A stretch of DNA of 63,951 bases, filler included, from Intoshia linei (Eukaryota > Animalia > Orthonectida): NCBI GenBank assembly GCA_001642005.1. It is 8 parts of 8 records of this genome, joined end to end, with 100 filler letters (N's around TTAATTAATTAA, not from the genome) between each part and the next. Parts side by side here need not be neighbours in the genome. Positions count along the whole stretch, not along the records: positions 36,497 to 49,283 come from LWCA01001054.1; positions 49,384 to 59,035 come from LWCA01001345.1; 6 more parts are not named here. One strand, given 5' to 3'. Under the pieces are notes generated by a model. The model was not told the origin of the DNA, ran no database searches, and saw only the letters and a program-made list of their open reading frames with translations. This document shows, in pieces, positions 40,343 to 54,500 of the stretch; within the stretch, counting starts at the first letter, position 1; each line of letters begins with the position of its first letter. The translations under genes were made by a program, and so were the position numbers.

Positions 40343-40599
40343 CTAAATGAAATAAAACATTATTAATATTAATTAATAAATTTTCATAATAAAACTACAA
40401 AAGTTAACTTATAAAAATAGTTTTGATAATAATTTAATAATTCACCAAAATCACAAACTGAATTACCTTTTTAAAATGGAATATTCTTAAATACAACAAT
40501 ATTTACTAAATATCAAAATGTATGTTTACCAACACTTAAAACAAAAATCTATAACTGTTATTATAAAAAATTTATAAAAGTAGAAAAATAATAATTCAT

Positions 40600-41720
40600 T
40601 GTTCTCTGGATTTTCGTTACAAACTTGACAAATTTCTATTTTGTAACGTGGAATATTTTTAATCTTTTATGAAATAAACTCCAGGGGTATAGACGGTGAA
40701 CTATTATAGCCCATAGATTTTCAATTCGATTACAATTAGGACTATAAGGTGGTCAATCAAGTACCGATATGCTATTTTTCTTCAAAAAATCAAAAGTTTT
40801 AGTATAAACGCGAGGTCTAGCATTATCTTGCATCAATATATACCTGATTTGATGGAACGGTATATAGGATTTACACAATATATTTGTATACACGTTAGAA
40901 TTTACATTATATTCTACGAAATGTAGATCCATTGTAGCTTACCATCATAACTATGTGCTATATAGTATATATCTATAATAATATACATATGTAACTATAT
41001 CGTATATAACTATATGGCTACAATGGATCTACATCACTCCATTTCGTAGAATCTAATGTAAATTCTGACGTTTATACAAATATATTGTGTAAATCCTATA
41101 TACCGTTCCATCAAATCAGGTATATATTGATGCAAGATAATGCTAGACCTCGCGTTTATACTAAAACTTTGGATTTTTTGAAGGATAATAGCACATCGGT
41201 ACTGTATTAGCCACCATCATTTATCATTCATTGGATTTATAGCCCTGATTGGTATCCAATTGAAAATCTATGGGCTATAATGGTTCGCCGTCTATACCCT
41301 GGCAGCAAGGTCTACCGTTGTCTTGCGAATTAAAAGCTGAAATTGGTATTATTTGGGACTCGCTAGAAGTTGATGAAATTCGCCGATTGGTTCTATCATT
41401 TCCGTCAAAATTAACTGAAGTTGTAGAAAATAAAGGTGGAAATCTACGTAATTATTAGTAATTAAAAAATTATATTTATAAATTGTTTGTTTTTTTTGCA
41501 TTTATATACACATTTCACATAGTTTTGACGAATTTTTTAATCATGAAAATTTTAATTGCTAATTATTTTCTTAATTGATAGATTATTTTTTATAAATTTT
41601 TGCATACAACATTTATAACATCAAGATATTCATATATTGTATAAATAACCTATATGGCAACTCAAAAATACTTTTATTCGAAAAAATTAATATTTTTCAC
41701 ATAGTTTTGGGGATGAGTTT
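40600..41720. mobile_element. Head-to-head inverted duplication of the 3' half of a Tc1 (DD34E) element
   Basis: The right arm encodes LMQDNARP..YSPDWYPIENLW..ELK..WDSL..LVLSFPSKL..VVENKGG. The left arm is its reverse complement; 40793-40890 is the exact reverse complement of 41073-41170. Confidence 0.88.
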
Positions 41721-44708
41721 AGTTTATGTAATTTTATATTTATATATAAATTCACAGTAACCCATACAATATAAAAAATATATACTTTTCCAATTAATAA
41801 GGGTAAAAGTGGATTTTTCCTTTTAGGGTTGGTAAATTTTGATTTATAGTAAAAAAGATTAGATTTAAAATTGGAACCCCTTTTTAAAATTATAATATAT
41901 AGCTAATTGATATTTAAATTATCCGCATGCTTAGAATAGTATACAAACATTGGGTAAATACAGACATTTAATTACTTTTATAAATTTCTAGTCTACATTT
42001 ACTACACGGTGTAGTTTACATACATTCAAAAATGAAAGTACGTGCATCACTACAGGTCCGTAAGAAAAATTTAAGATTGATTTAAGAACACAAAAAATTT
42101 ACTATGAAATGAAAAATTCATTAAAAAAAAGCAATTTCACACCCTCAGACAGAGCTTACCCACCATGCTTGAGGCTGCCTTAAAAAGATTGAAACGGTGC
42201 ATAATGTCATATAGCCCCTAGCACCTCTTCATGGTACTGGACAGACAATGTCAATTTGACAAAGAAAACAGTTGATATTGATATTTGAGAAAAAACAACG
42301 CCCATTTTACAAGTATTTCGTCGAGTCCATTGAAGAGGGGGTGCCATAGATTCGGCTCTACCAGCCGTTCCGTACACAGAAAAATTTGGTTATATAAAAT
42401 TAAATGAGTAGATTTACCCATAATTATTATAGTTATTGCATAACATACCAATGTTGGGAAAGCTCTTTTCATTTTGTATATTACTCGACGTTTTTGATTT
42501 CTTGATAGTACATTGATCAATTTTTTGTACCTGTTATATCTTTTTTTATATTTTGAAAACTTGGGTTTAGCCGGTAAAATTTTCATATTAAATTGACATT
42601 TTATGCATCTACCATTTTCTAATAATCGAAATAATTTATTGGTTAAATGAGTAAACCAAATTTTATAATGGCATTGTTAATTTTTTTAAAAATATCCCGT
42701 CTCAAAAAATGTAACGGTTCAATATTGTACGAAAGTAGTCCCAACAAAAATATAAACAATATTATTTTTATAAGTTATGTAGGTTTCTCAGCCATTTTAT
42801 GATAAGGTAGTAAAATTTCAAATATTTGTTGTTCGAAATTCCTGAAAATTAATAATTAAAATTATCTGATGCCAAATATCTAATTATTTAAAAGACCTAA
42901 AATAGTGAATACATTTTGGTAGGGTGTCAACTTTTTTTATTAAAAAATCCAATTTTTCACATGGACCCCTCTTTTCGTTTTAAGAATTTATCAAATCAAT
43001 TTTTTTTAAATAAGTTAACATTTATATTATGAAATTAAATTTATCTTAATTTTTGGTTGGTTTCTGCAAAATATGGGTTTGCCATGTTTCGTTCCATATT
43101 TCATTTAATTCAATTAATTTTCAGTGTACTTCTTTTGAATATTATTATTTTTAATTATTATCATATTTGAATTCTTATGAATTAATACAAAAACAATATA
43201 TAACCTCAAAATGACTGTCACAGAACCAGAATAAATGTGCGAGAACTGAAAGGTCAAATGTTCAATTTTTTTTAAACAAATTCTTAAAATGAAAAAGGTA
43301 AAAAAAAAGTGAAACAATAAGAATAGAATTTGAACTGAAAAGTTTATAATTAAAATGGTCACTTGCAGAGCCTAGCCTATCAAGCTCGATATCATTCCAA
43401 AATTAAACATATACTCAAAAAAAATTTCGCAAATATGTCATGTAACATTTAATACAAATTGTAAAGATATTCAAGAATATAATTTTATTATGCTCAATGT
43501 GGAAAATTGAGACCCGACTAGGAGTCTCGAATACGGTATCTTCGGAATTGATCACTATAAACTATACGTTAAGAATAATAGAGGTAAATCAGATTTTCCA
43601 ATTAATTGAATACATTAACTGTACATAAAAATTACTTTTATTTTTTTCATTTTCAATGAATCTAAAATAATGATCAATACACGATTTATACATAAAATAA
43701 AATTAAGCAACAAAAATGCTGATAAATTTTTTGTCTTTTCAATAATATTTTTCTACGACTTCTGACGAATTGTAAGTTACGATATGTAATCAATAAATTG
43801 TATTATTGAAATTGAAAATAATAGTAAATGCAAAAATAGTAATATAGTATGTAGTCGAAAAACCATTTTGGAAATAAATATACATTGCGTATTACCTGTA
43901 ATATTCAATTAATTCATTAGGTAAACCACATTTATTATAATCCATTAAATCATTCATTCTGATTTGTAAATTATTCAACGAATAATTTTTCAATTAAAAT
44001 ATCAAGAGTTTAAAATATATATACTGAACGATAATAGATGTATTTCAAATAATTATTCTATTGAAACTACAAATTAGTGTTCAACTTTTGTAATAAGTAC
44101 TTTGTTTTACTTTTACTGAGTTATTTGATTTCTTTTTGTAACTGTAAGTTTCAAAACTCAGTACTTTTAAGAATAAACTTATTTTATTATTATATTCCTA
44201 GTTTTTGTAAATTTGTCGCTATTTAATAAATCTTTCACAACCTTGGTTTGGTAATACCAATTAAGAGTTACTACTAAGTAATATTTGGTATACGCTTTTG
44301 GTAATAAGAATCCTATACCATGTTTGTATAATTTTAGTAGTATCTGTGAAATAAGCAATTTGACATCCTCGTTGATTTCACCAATTGGCTAAAAATAATG
44401 GAGATAAATAAGCTAACATTTCAAAAATAGTTTCGATAATTTTTAAATCTTTGATACAAAAAGAATGAAGTCAAACCAAGTCCAAATTTTAAATTTTAAT
44501 AAAAATGAAAAATGTTGCTATCAATGTGCAAATCCTTTAACAATATTGTTTTCGTTAATATCACACACGGTGTACTCACTACATTGTTTACACCTATATT
44601 TCACATTTGAAAAGTTTCAATACATAAAATTTCGAAAAATAATAAAAAGTAATCTTTATTTCTTATTTCGATAAACAATTTTTCATTTTATTTACTGATC
44701 GATAATAC

Positions 44709-45308
44709 ATGTCTAAACGAGGTAAAGAAAATTTTCATTAAATAACAATTTAGATTTAATTAACTAAGAATACATTTAGCTAAGGGAGGTAGTGCAGTCG
44801 GTTCACGTTTTCGTATATCATTAGGTCTTCCAGTTGGTGCTTTGATCAATTGCGCAGATAACAGCGGTATATCTTAACATTTTATTTTTAAACCATAATT
44901 AGGAGCTAGAACTTTATACATAATTGCAGTTGTTGGTAAAAGAGGATGTCTTAATAGACTTCCCTCTTCTTGCCCCGGAGATAAAGTATTGGTATCTGTA
45001 AAAAAAGGAAAACCAGACTTGAGAAAAAAAGGTACATTAATATGATTAATTTAATTTGATTTTTAGTTATGTCTGCAGTTATTGTACGACAACGTAAAGC
45101 TATATGCCGCAAAAATGGTAAAGTGGTTGTATTTGATGACAATGCAGGAGTTTTGTTGAACCCTACTACTGGATCAATCAAAGGTAAAATTTGGTTTATT
45201 TCATTATATCTAATTATTTCATTAGGATCTACAATCATGGGAACTATTGCAGCTGAATGTGCTGAATGTTGGCCTAGAATTGCAGCATGCGCTAGTTCTG
45301 TATATTAA
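44709..45308 (+). CDS. RPL23: 60S ribosomal protein L23 (uL14); exons 44709-44721, 44780-44866, 44903-45031, 45067-45183, 45226-45308
   Basis: The spliced product is [57 protein letters not shown]. Confidence 0.96.
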
Positions 45309-47622
45309 ACATTTTTATTGTAATTTATACAAAAAAGTTTATAGTTTGCGATTTTCTGTCATGAGAAATCACCATTTTTATTTAAAATAGAAACTCATCA
45401 TTTTTATACTAATACAAAGTAAAGTAATATTTTGATATAACTAACATCGTAAACATGGAAATTTAAACATTTATTATCAATAATTAATGGATTTAGAAAA
45501 CACTTTGCGATTGAATTAATCATACAAAAATTGATAATGCTCAGTTTGACAAAAAATATCATGTACAAGGGTTTTGGGGGTTGGTAAAATTTTTCAAGGA
45601 TGTTACGGGTTGGTCACATTTATAAAAAGTTTTAATTTTAAATTTAAAAATATAAACAAAAATTACGTATCGCATATTATTAATATTTATCAGTGTTGGG
45701 TTGCTCAAATTTCCATAAAATAGTTTTTAATGTTTATCAGTAATTTTTTAAAGTAGAATATATAGTGCAGGGGTTCCCAAACTCATTTTGCCTACCGCCC
45801 CCTTTTTAGCAATATATTTTATCAACGCCCCCTAAAAAATTTTTCGGCTACGTGGTATATACATATATATAAAAATATCCCCTTACAACCAAAAAATTTA
45901 TCAATGCTCCACTCTATATATCTAAAATCGTTTTTTGGTGTAGTGTTTTTATATTTTTCAAATTGTTTCAACAAAGCTGTATCATATTTTTAACATTTAC
46001 CAGGAATTAAGAGTTGTCTTATTTTTCCAAAAATTGTAAAATTAGTACCTGTGCAATGTTCCAAACAAAAATTGTCATTTTCTAGTACATAGGTTTTTTC
46101 TTTATAAACAATTCTTTATTGCAATACATGTTCCTTCAAAAATCTTGTACTAGGTAAAACCTAATTTTTTTAATTTGATGGCTACAACTATTAAACTCAG
46201 AGTAGTGAACAGAAATTTATTAAATTGTTTACAACCGGAGTCCTAATTTTTCAAATACAACAAAATATACATATTTAATTAGCAGCTGGTAAGGCCACTA
46301 TGTTTTCAAAATTATTATTAGTCAAGTCTGCTACCAAATTTTTTAAAAAACACCTCATGATATGGGTAGACAAGAGATTAACATTGATATAGTATTATTA
46401 TTTTATTACCGGAAGTCAATAAACAAAGGCAGAAAATGATTCTCCATTTCTGAGACTCGACATGAATTTCAATTCATTCCAAGTTACGTAAATCAATAAA
46501 TAGGTGTGTGCTTATTGAAAATTATACAATACAATTATACGTAAATTATAAATATTTATTATAAAATGTAATTTCTATTATCAATAGAATCCAACTCTAT
46601 CACGAGGAATTAGTCTAAGAGAACTTCCATATTTAAGAAATATAGCATCTAATAATATTTAATGGTATTATAATTTGAACCTGCCGTTTGGTTTGGGTTA
46701 ATACCTATTCCGTCGTCTGTTATTATAGCGCTCGTCTCATGAGGAACTTTGAACTACATTAATTTTTAAAATACAATCAGAGTCGAACCTACCGACACGA
46801 GACCCCTCACTTTTCCATACAGAGAATATAAAAAATATATAGATGAATACAATAACTACTCAGTGTGTTGAATTTAAACTGAAGTCCAGAGTCTGGGATC
46901 TCACCAATGAAGAGGTGTCTAGGGGTTACATAATCTGACTTAGATGTCATTACGCATTGTTGGTTAAATTTTTGATTTTTTGGGAACCGCGAATATTTTT
47001 ATGTTTATTATATACCAAAATATATTTTTAAATCTTTCATTTGACTAAAATATATTAGACTATTTTCATTTAAAAAAGTTACTTAACTTATAAGATTCAA
47101 GACCCTTAAAACTATACATAGCTTTAATATTCTAGTTTTTATTTATCCTCTTCATCAATATCATTTGTGTCTCCCAGATTTGAAATAACGTTACTCAATG
47201 CCCGTTAATTTTGATTTCCTTTTTAGTATCAAAATTATAAAAACGACATATTTTTTTAAGTGGTGAGTACTAGAAGGTTCAGAAATTAGAAATATTCATA
47301 TTTTTTTGTAAAGGGTAGTTTTAGATTGTCAACTTTGAGAGCAATCACTGTATATCAAACACAAATATAATTTATATTGTTTTAAATTAAAATACTTGTT
47401 CTGTAGCATATTTAAGTACAGCATGGAATGGAGTTTTTTCTGGTACACGAATTCTACACATTAAATCTGCATATTACATATAATTAAAAAATACCTTTTA
47501 AATGGTAGTTTAGGATCTGAGCTAAGTACAATTCTAAATTCTACAGATTGATGTTCCGACATTGACTAATATATATCTTGACAACTGTCAGTATAAATAT
47601 ACTTTTATTTATATTTATATTC

Positions 47623-48727
47623 ATGTTTAAAAGAAAATTGTCAAACTCTCTCAATCAAATTTACCCAATTAGAAGGTATAATGCCAAGTTTTTACAATTT
47701 TATATTTATTAGAATGGGATATATGGTATGGACCGAGGATTATAAATTTAAATTGCCTGGCCACAGTAGCGACGATAAATTTTGGAAAAAATATAATACT
47801 ATTGTTTATCCACCCACAGAAAAAGGACACATTGAGAGACCAGCTGTAATTTTTTTGAATGAGATTTACCATTTTAATTATTATATATATCCTTCAATTT
47901 TCAATTTTTTGAAGGGGATGTAGCTCATATGGTAGAGTGTGCCGTTCGCAACGGCAAGGTACGGGGATCGATGCCCCGCTTCTCCATTTTTTTCTTTACA
48001 TTTTTAGTGGTATTAGTATATATTATAGTATGCAGTTCACTAATTTTGTCGTAAATGTCAATCGACACCATTTTGTCGCTCTGGTCTTTAACACGTAGTG
48101 AGTTTCACTGTAAAACCAAAGTTTAAGATGAATACAGGGTGTCAAAGATAAAAAGGTAATATAATTCGATTTTTTTAGTGTGTTTTATATGTTTCTGGTA
48201 CCTTTAAGGCGTAGATGTTATATATTTTTTTACTATTTATCCTATGTACTAGAGGATTTTGGTATAATAAAATTAATGCCATTATATACTGTTTATATGA
48301 TTATAATAATTTATAAACAATAATTATTGTTCATCTATTTCGCCAGATTCTCTACTCTGTCATAAGTTGAAATTTTGGCGAAGTAGAGTTACAATTACTC
48401 TATATTAATATTTACTTTTAAATAGGAATATTGTCACAGTTCCATAAACATTAAATATAGCCCGAAAAAAATGTTTTATCCTGCTGCATTGGTAAATTTT
48501 GAGCATTTTATTATGTCGTGAATATTTTAATGTAATTATGTTAGATACGAGGTATGAGTATCGAGGAAGCAGTGAAACAGTTAAAATTTCAAAAAAATAA
48601 AGGAGCAACACTTATCAGCAATGTATTCTTAGTTTTATCATTATTTTAATAAATTAGATACTATTAGAGGCTCAAGGTATCGCTGTGAAAGATCATTACT
48701 TTGAATATAAATCCTTAATGTGGATAG
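47623..48727 (+). CDS. MRPL22: Mitochondrial 39S ribosomal protein L22, 5' exons (47623-47675, 47713-47845, 48426-48491, 48545-48622, 48658-48727)
   Basis: WKKYNTIVYPP..ERPA|EYCHSSINIKYSPKKMFYPAAL|IRGMSIEEAVKQLKFQKNKGA|ILLEAQGIAVKDHYFEYKS, all in frame. The 3' exons were not found before the linker. Confidence 0.92.
47914..47986 (+). tRNA. tRNA-Ala(CGC)
   Basis: 73-nt cloverleaf with G3:U70 identity pair, anticodon arm TGCCG-TTCGCAA-CGGCA, Ala-type T loop ATCGATG, discriminator A, and a following T-run Pol III terminator. Confidence 0.95.
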
Positions 48728-51583
48728 GTTTATAATTGTTGTATTGTTATCAATAATAATAACCTATTATTATACATAGGGTTTTAACTGTAAGTTAACG
48801 ATTTTTTAATTCAAGTCTTTAATGATAAATTTTTAAAATTTTTTATATGAATTGAAATTAATTTGTATTATCAATCATACTATTACTACAATTATTACGT
48901 ACGCTTAAGTCAGTCATATTAAATATTTCTAATATTTGACTGACGTTTTCCCTCATCATAATTAGAAGATATCAGCTTTCTCACATCATTTGAATATTTT
49001 TCATGTATCATAATTAGTATATTAAATTTACTTAGTTGTAAATTACATAAAAATATTTTTTAAATTTTATTTACAACTACATTGAATCTACTCATCAATC
49101 TACTGTACTATCATTTAAAAATCTCACATTAGATATTTTGGTGTCTAAAGGCTAACTAAAACAGAAATATGTATAATATACATTGTATATACCAAAAAAT
49201 GATACATTGTAAAAACGATTTTGTGTTGAGCAGAGCCGTTTTAAGGCATGGGCAATATGGGCTGTAGCCCAGGGCCACTCATTNNNNNNNNNNNNNNNNN
49301 NNNNNNNNNNNNNNNNNNNNNNNNNNNTTAATTAATTAANNNNNNNNNNNNNNNNNNNNNNNNNNNNNNNNNNNNNNNNNNNNATTAATATTAAGTTAAA
49401 AACTTTAAACGTCGTGCGCAACTCAACCCCACAATTTGTGCAGATTTTAATGCTGACATGATGTTTGTAATTATAATACTAGACTAATTTTTACTAAGGC
49501 TAAGAGAGATTCCATTATGTGAAACACCCTAATCACCACACGTCTGGAATTTATATTTTTAATTTAAACTTGTATTATTTTTAAATTATCTATGTGAAAA
49601 TGTATGAAAATAAAAGAATAAAGTTTTTCAAAATTATGCTGTGTATATCATAGAATACACAGACGTATGAAGTGAAATTGCTGTGTATAGTATAGAATAC
49701 ACAGACAGTGAAAGGGTTAACTTTTCAACTTTACTTTTATCTTTTTAGACTAAGTTTTAGTATGTAAATAATATAAATTTAATTTTTACTACATTTTTAC
49801 AGAATAGAAAAATAATCAAAGTCAAAATAGTAGTGTTAAATTTCTAGTAATTTTAAAATTTAAATTAACATTGCTATTTTTTGTATACAAGAGAGTGTTT
49901 CATGAATTTGACCTCATCAATTTATACAAAAGAAAAAATTAAATGAACCAACATACCTAAAAAAGTAGAAGCGTTTATCCACGTTGTTTCTAAAAATTAT
50001 GCAATGAATACGACAGAAAAATATTATGATTTTGAATAAAAGTGTATGTATGTTAGTGTATTTCTATTGCTATAATATTGTTTATCTTCACGTTTGGCAA
50101 TATTTGGTACATTATGTTATTTACGTACATTATGGACGTGTTTAAAATGAAATTATTTTGTGACATTAATATTTTGAGCAAATTTATCTTATGAGTATTA
50201 TTTTATGTAAAAAAACAATCAAAATGTCGAAGAGTTAATTCAAATTTGTTTTTTAATTTTGTCTCATTCAACGTGGCTCTTAGTATTATATGTCTAAGGA
50301 TTTTTAACAAAAGAAATATGAATACTTCTAATATATGGATCAAAACATTAATATCAATAGTGTGTAAATATATCACGGTTACTTGCATTAATCAAATGAA
50401 TACAAATTATTAATGTAAATTTCTAATTAATGTCCTAGTTATAATGGTAAATGTCATTTAATTTAATCAATTTAAGGAATTAAAATTATTGATACAATTA
50501 TGCTACACATTAAAAATTTTTTAATATTGCATTGATTGTAGTTATCACAGGTTTATTTTTATTGTAATAGATAAAGTTGTATTTGTCAACTAAATTTTAG
50601 TTACTAAAAGGGTCAAGTAACTATATTACTAGTGTAATTTTCAATAAAAAAAAGTAGATAATTCAGTAGCTCTCTAACTAAAATTTTCAAACTTTACAAA
50701 GTATCTACCATATGTATTTTTTATTTTGAAGGTGTAACACTTTTATTATTTTTTTAATTTATTAACAAATAAATATCAATATCTACAAATATTTTTTCAT
50801 GCATTAACAAACCAACAAAAAATCAAATAATCGAGGGTTAAATTGAACAAATTAAACGTTTACGTTATAAAATTATATAAAATTCTACTCGGTGATATTA
50901 TCGATTACATTTGACTTTTATGACTATAATTATATTAGACGAGAATATAGACTACAGAATTATGTGTTGATCAGGTTTAACTATTATAAAACTTACAATA
51001 TGAGAAGACTTTAATAAAAAATGCAAATAAGTGTAAGTCTCTAGAGTCTAGAGACTAGATGCTAGAAGAAACCAACTCACAATTGCATTACTCACTGTAG
51101 ATACTTTTAAACCATAAAATGCGTTGCAAGGTACGAATGCATAATAATATTTTATACTGAACAAGCAATATCTCACTTATATAAAACATAAATATCGATT
51201 TATTAAATCCAATATCAATATTATTACTTTATATATCGATGGATCTATATATCTTGTAGGAACTGCCTAATTTTTGTCTACTAAAAACGACTAAATATTT
51301 ACTAATTGGTGAATCTTATCAGACATTAAGGTTTTTTACATATAGTTATTTTTATAATTTAACAAAACCCATTATTTTCAACAAAATGTAATGATCGTTA
51401 TGGCCAAATTATTAATTGGACCAAATTTAAGTAAACTTTTTGAAAATAATTTAAATAAAGCTTATTGAATGTAGTTATTAGTGTATCATTTATATTTTTT
51501 AAAATTTTAGATTTTAGTATAATTAGATTAAATGATTCAATCTAATTTGTTGATATTGTAACGATTCAAAGTTCAGTTGTATT

Positions 51584-54500
51584 ATGCTCATCAATAACAA
51601 TTTGATTTTTTATGCTTTAGCATTAATTCATCTCATATGCCATATTAATGGTTCTGTTGGTATATTTATACATTTATATAAAATATTTTACTAATTATAT
51701 GACTGTTAAATTGAATATTATATTATCACCTTAAAACATAATATGTGTAAAATTATGGCGGGCAGCTCATTCGTTTTCCTTGATTTGTATGTATTTAATT
51801 TTAGAATCAGTAACACTGTCTCATGAACAACGTTTAATAAAATACCTACTGGAACATTATGCTAAGATTGGAGTCATTGGAAGACCCGTTTACAATACTA
51901 CCGATACAGTACAAGTTTATTATGGTCTAGCTTTAGTTCAAATTCTGGATTTGGACGAAAAAAATCAAGTTTTAACTACTAATGCATGGAGTAGATATGT
52001 AATTATTATAAAATTTATCAATTAAAATAGTAGTGATATACCACTTACATTATTGTAAACCTTTTATTACATCAACATTTTGATTTTTCACATTTAGAAA
52101 AATTTTAGGTTGTAAAACAACTTTATGGTACATTTTGTATATGATCATTAGGGTGTCAAATTTTTTGGAAAATTAGCGACTTTCTTGAAATAATAATATC
52201 GAAATATTATAATATTGATCCAATTCATTGAATTGCATTGAAATAAATTCGGAATAACGAATACACAAATTTTCTATTTTTCATAAGTATAAATCTTTAA
52301 TAACATTAACGATTTTGATAAAAATCTAACCATTTATCTACTGAAATAAAGGGTTAGAATAATTTTTTCTTGTAACTTAATGAAATTTGATGGATTTTCT
52401 TATAAAAATAAATTCTATATTATATAAAATAAAAATGATGATGATAATGAAAACAGCCCTAGAATTTAACAAATTTACAGGTGGTACAGTTGTATTCTGT
52501 TAACACACAAAAAAAATTTTAATCTGAATAAGTGACGCTTTCACGGTCAAAAAGGCACTTTAGTATTCATATATATTTTTTTTCCGAAATATTTTATTAA
52601 AAGTAATACAACTTTGTTATTATAATTTTTATATTTACTAAAATCCTTTGCAATATTGGTAAAATTCACCTGAAATATGTTTATAAAGTGCTTATTCCAT
52701 TAATTTTTGATACATAATTGGTATTTTTAAGTATTTATTAAATTGGTACTGAATATATATCACATTAAAAATGACAAAATAGGTTTTTTATAATTTTATT
52801 TTTTCTGGAATTTATGCTATCTATGACAATTTTTAGGATTAGACTGTTTTTACTTTAAGATTTTTAAGTTAAATTTTCAACGTGAAATTATTTTTTTGGT
52901 AAAATAAAAATGTGCCCTTGGCACACTTCTTTCTTTTTTCTACCTTCTTTTTTGAAAATTAATAATAGAAAATCAAAGATTTTCTAGTTTCTTTTTTGAA
53001 TATTTACTTAATAGAAAGGTTTCAATGTTTAATATTATTATTTGAAACAGTTTTTATGTCAATATTATATGATGAATATTGTAGAATATATTTTAAATTG
53101 AATATTTACCAGAACTTTGATTCTTTAAACTATTTTCTTTCTAGCTATTTGAATTCCCCACACTTCAAAAATTATAAACTGTTTCTTAAGATATAAATGT
53201 GAAGTATTTTTTAATAAATTGGGGCCCTCTTTTTAAGATATAAGTGTAAAATACTTTTATTAATTTGGGGCTTTTTTTGATGTGTGGCCCTGGGCAACAG
53301 CCCATACTGCCCATGCTTTCAAACGGCTCTGTGTCTAACAAAAAAAAGGTTGGGAAGCACTGTTATATACGATTATACACAAATATAATTAATTGTGGGA
53401 TAAAAGTGGGATTTTTGAAATAATAATGTAGCGGTCGTCTAGGCTTTGGGATAAAATCCCAAAATCTGGAAACTGTGAACAGTCAAACTTTTAGTTTATA
53501 TAATTAAAGATACCTTTATAAATTATGATAATGTTCATTTAATAAAACAGTATTCTACTGTTTTATATTAATTAATTTTAGCAATGGAACGATCTACTTC
53601 TTAAATGGGACCCAAAAGACTACGCTAACATTGAAGAAGTAAGAATTCCAGTGCAAAAACTTTGGCGGCCAGATATCATACTATATAATTAGTAAATTAA
53701 ATAACATGCGTGTAATATCATCTCTTAGTGCCGATGACAGATTGACAGAACACCGTGAAGCAATGGCAAAAGTTACCAGTGACGGTACTGTACTATGGAT
53801 ACCGATGGCTATATACAAAAGTACATGTATAATTGACATAACAAACTTTCCATTCGATGTTCAAACCTGTCATTTGAAATTCGGGTAAAATATAATTGAC
53901 TGTCACTTTTTTGAGCTTACGGCAGTGTTAACTTTAATTTAAAAACGAGAAGTAAACATGTGTAAAATTTACCATGCTAATTCGAAAAATAAAATTTTTA
54001 TAATTCAATGTTTTATTATACACTAAACACGCATAATTTTTAAGAAACTGTGCGGCGTACGTAAACCTTAGTTTTTAAACATAAAGGGATACTGCTAACG
54101 ATTTAAAAAAATTCTCAACTGTTAATGTTGATAAAGGCTTCCTGTATATAATCCTAGATCTTGGACATACGACGGAGCCAGTTTAAATATCAATTTTTAC
54201 AACAATGCTAGCTCTGTAGATATGACCGATTATACAACTAGCAATGAATGGAAAATTTTAGAGACCCCAGCTGTACGAAATGAAAAAAGGTACCCTTGTT
54301 GCGAGGAAGTATTTCCTGATTTAACTTTTTACATTAAATTACAACGAGTCGCAGAATTTTACAGTTTCATTCTGGTTTTACCATCTGTGTTGTTATCTTC
54401 GTTAACATTAGTTGTGTTTTGGTTGCCTCCGGATTCTCCAGCTAAGATGGTTTTAGGTAATGATATTTTAATAAATATTCCTTTTTAAAATATATAATAT

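Noticed and set aside
44722-45225. Intronic snoRNAs in RPL23
   Set aside because: The introns are only 35-58 nt and lack paired C/D or H/ACA boxes.
46567-46930. TGTAA...TTACA segment as a solo LTR
   Set aside because: The flanks (TAAAA and TAATC) do not form a TSD, and there is no second copy in the window.
48008-48220. MSIDTIL and DKK fragments as MRPL22 exons implying a pseudogene
   Set aside because: Proper in-frame exons were found at 48426-48491 and 48545-48622, so these are chance matches inside the intron.
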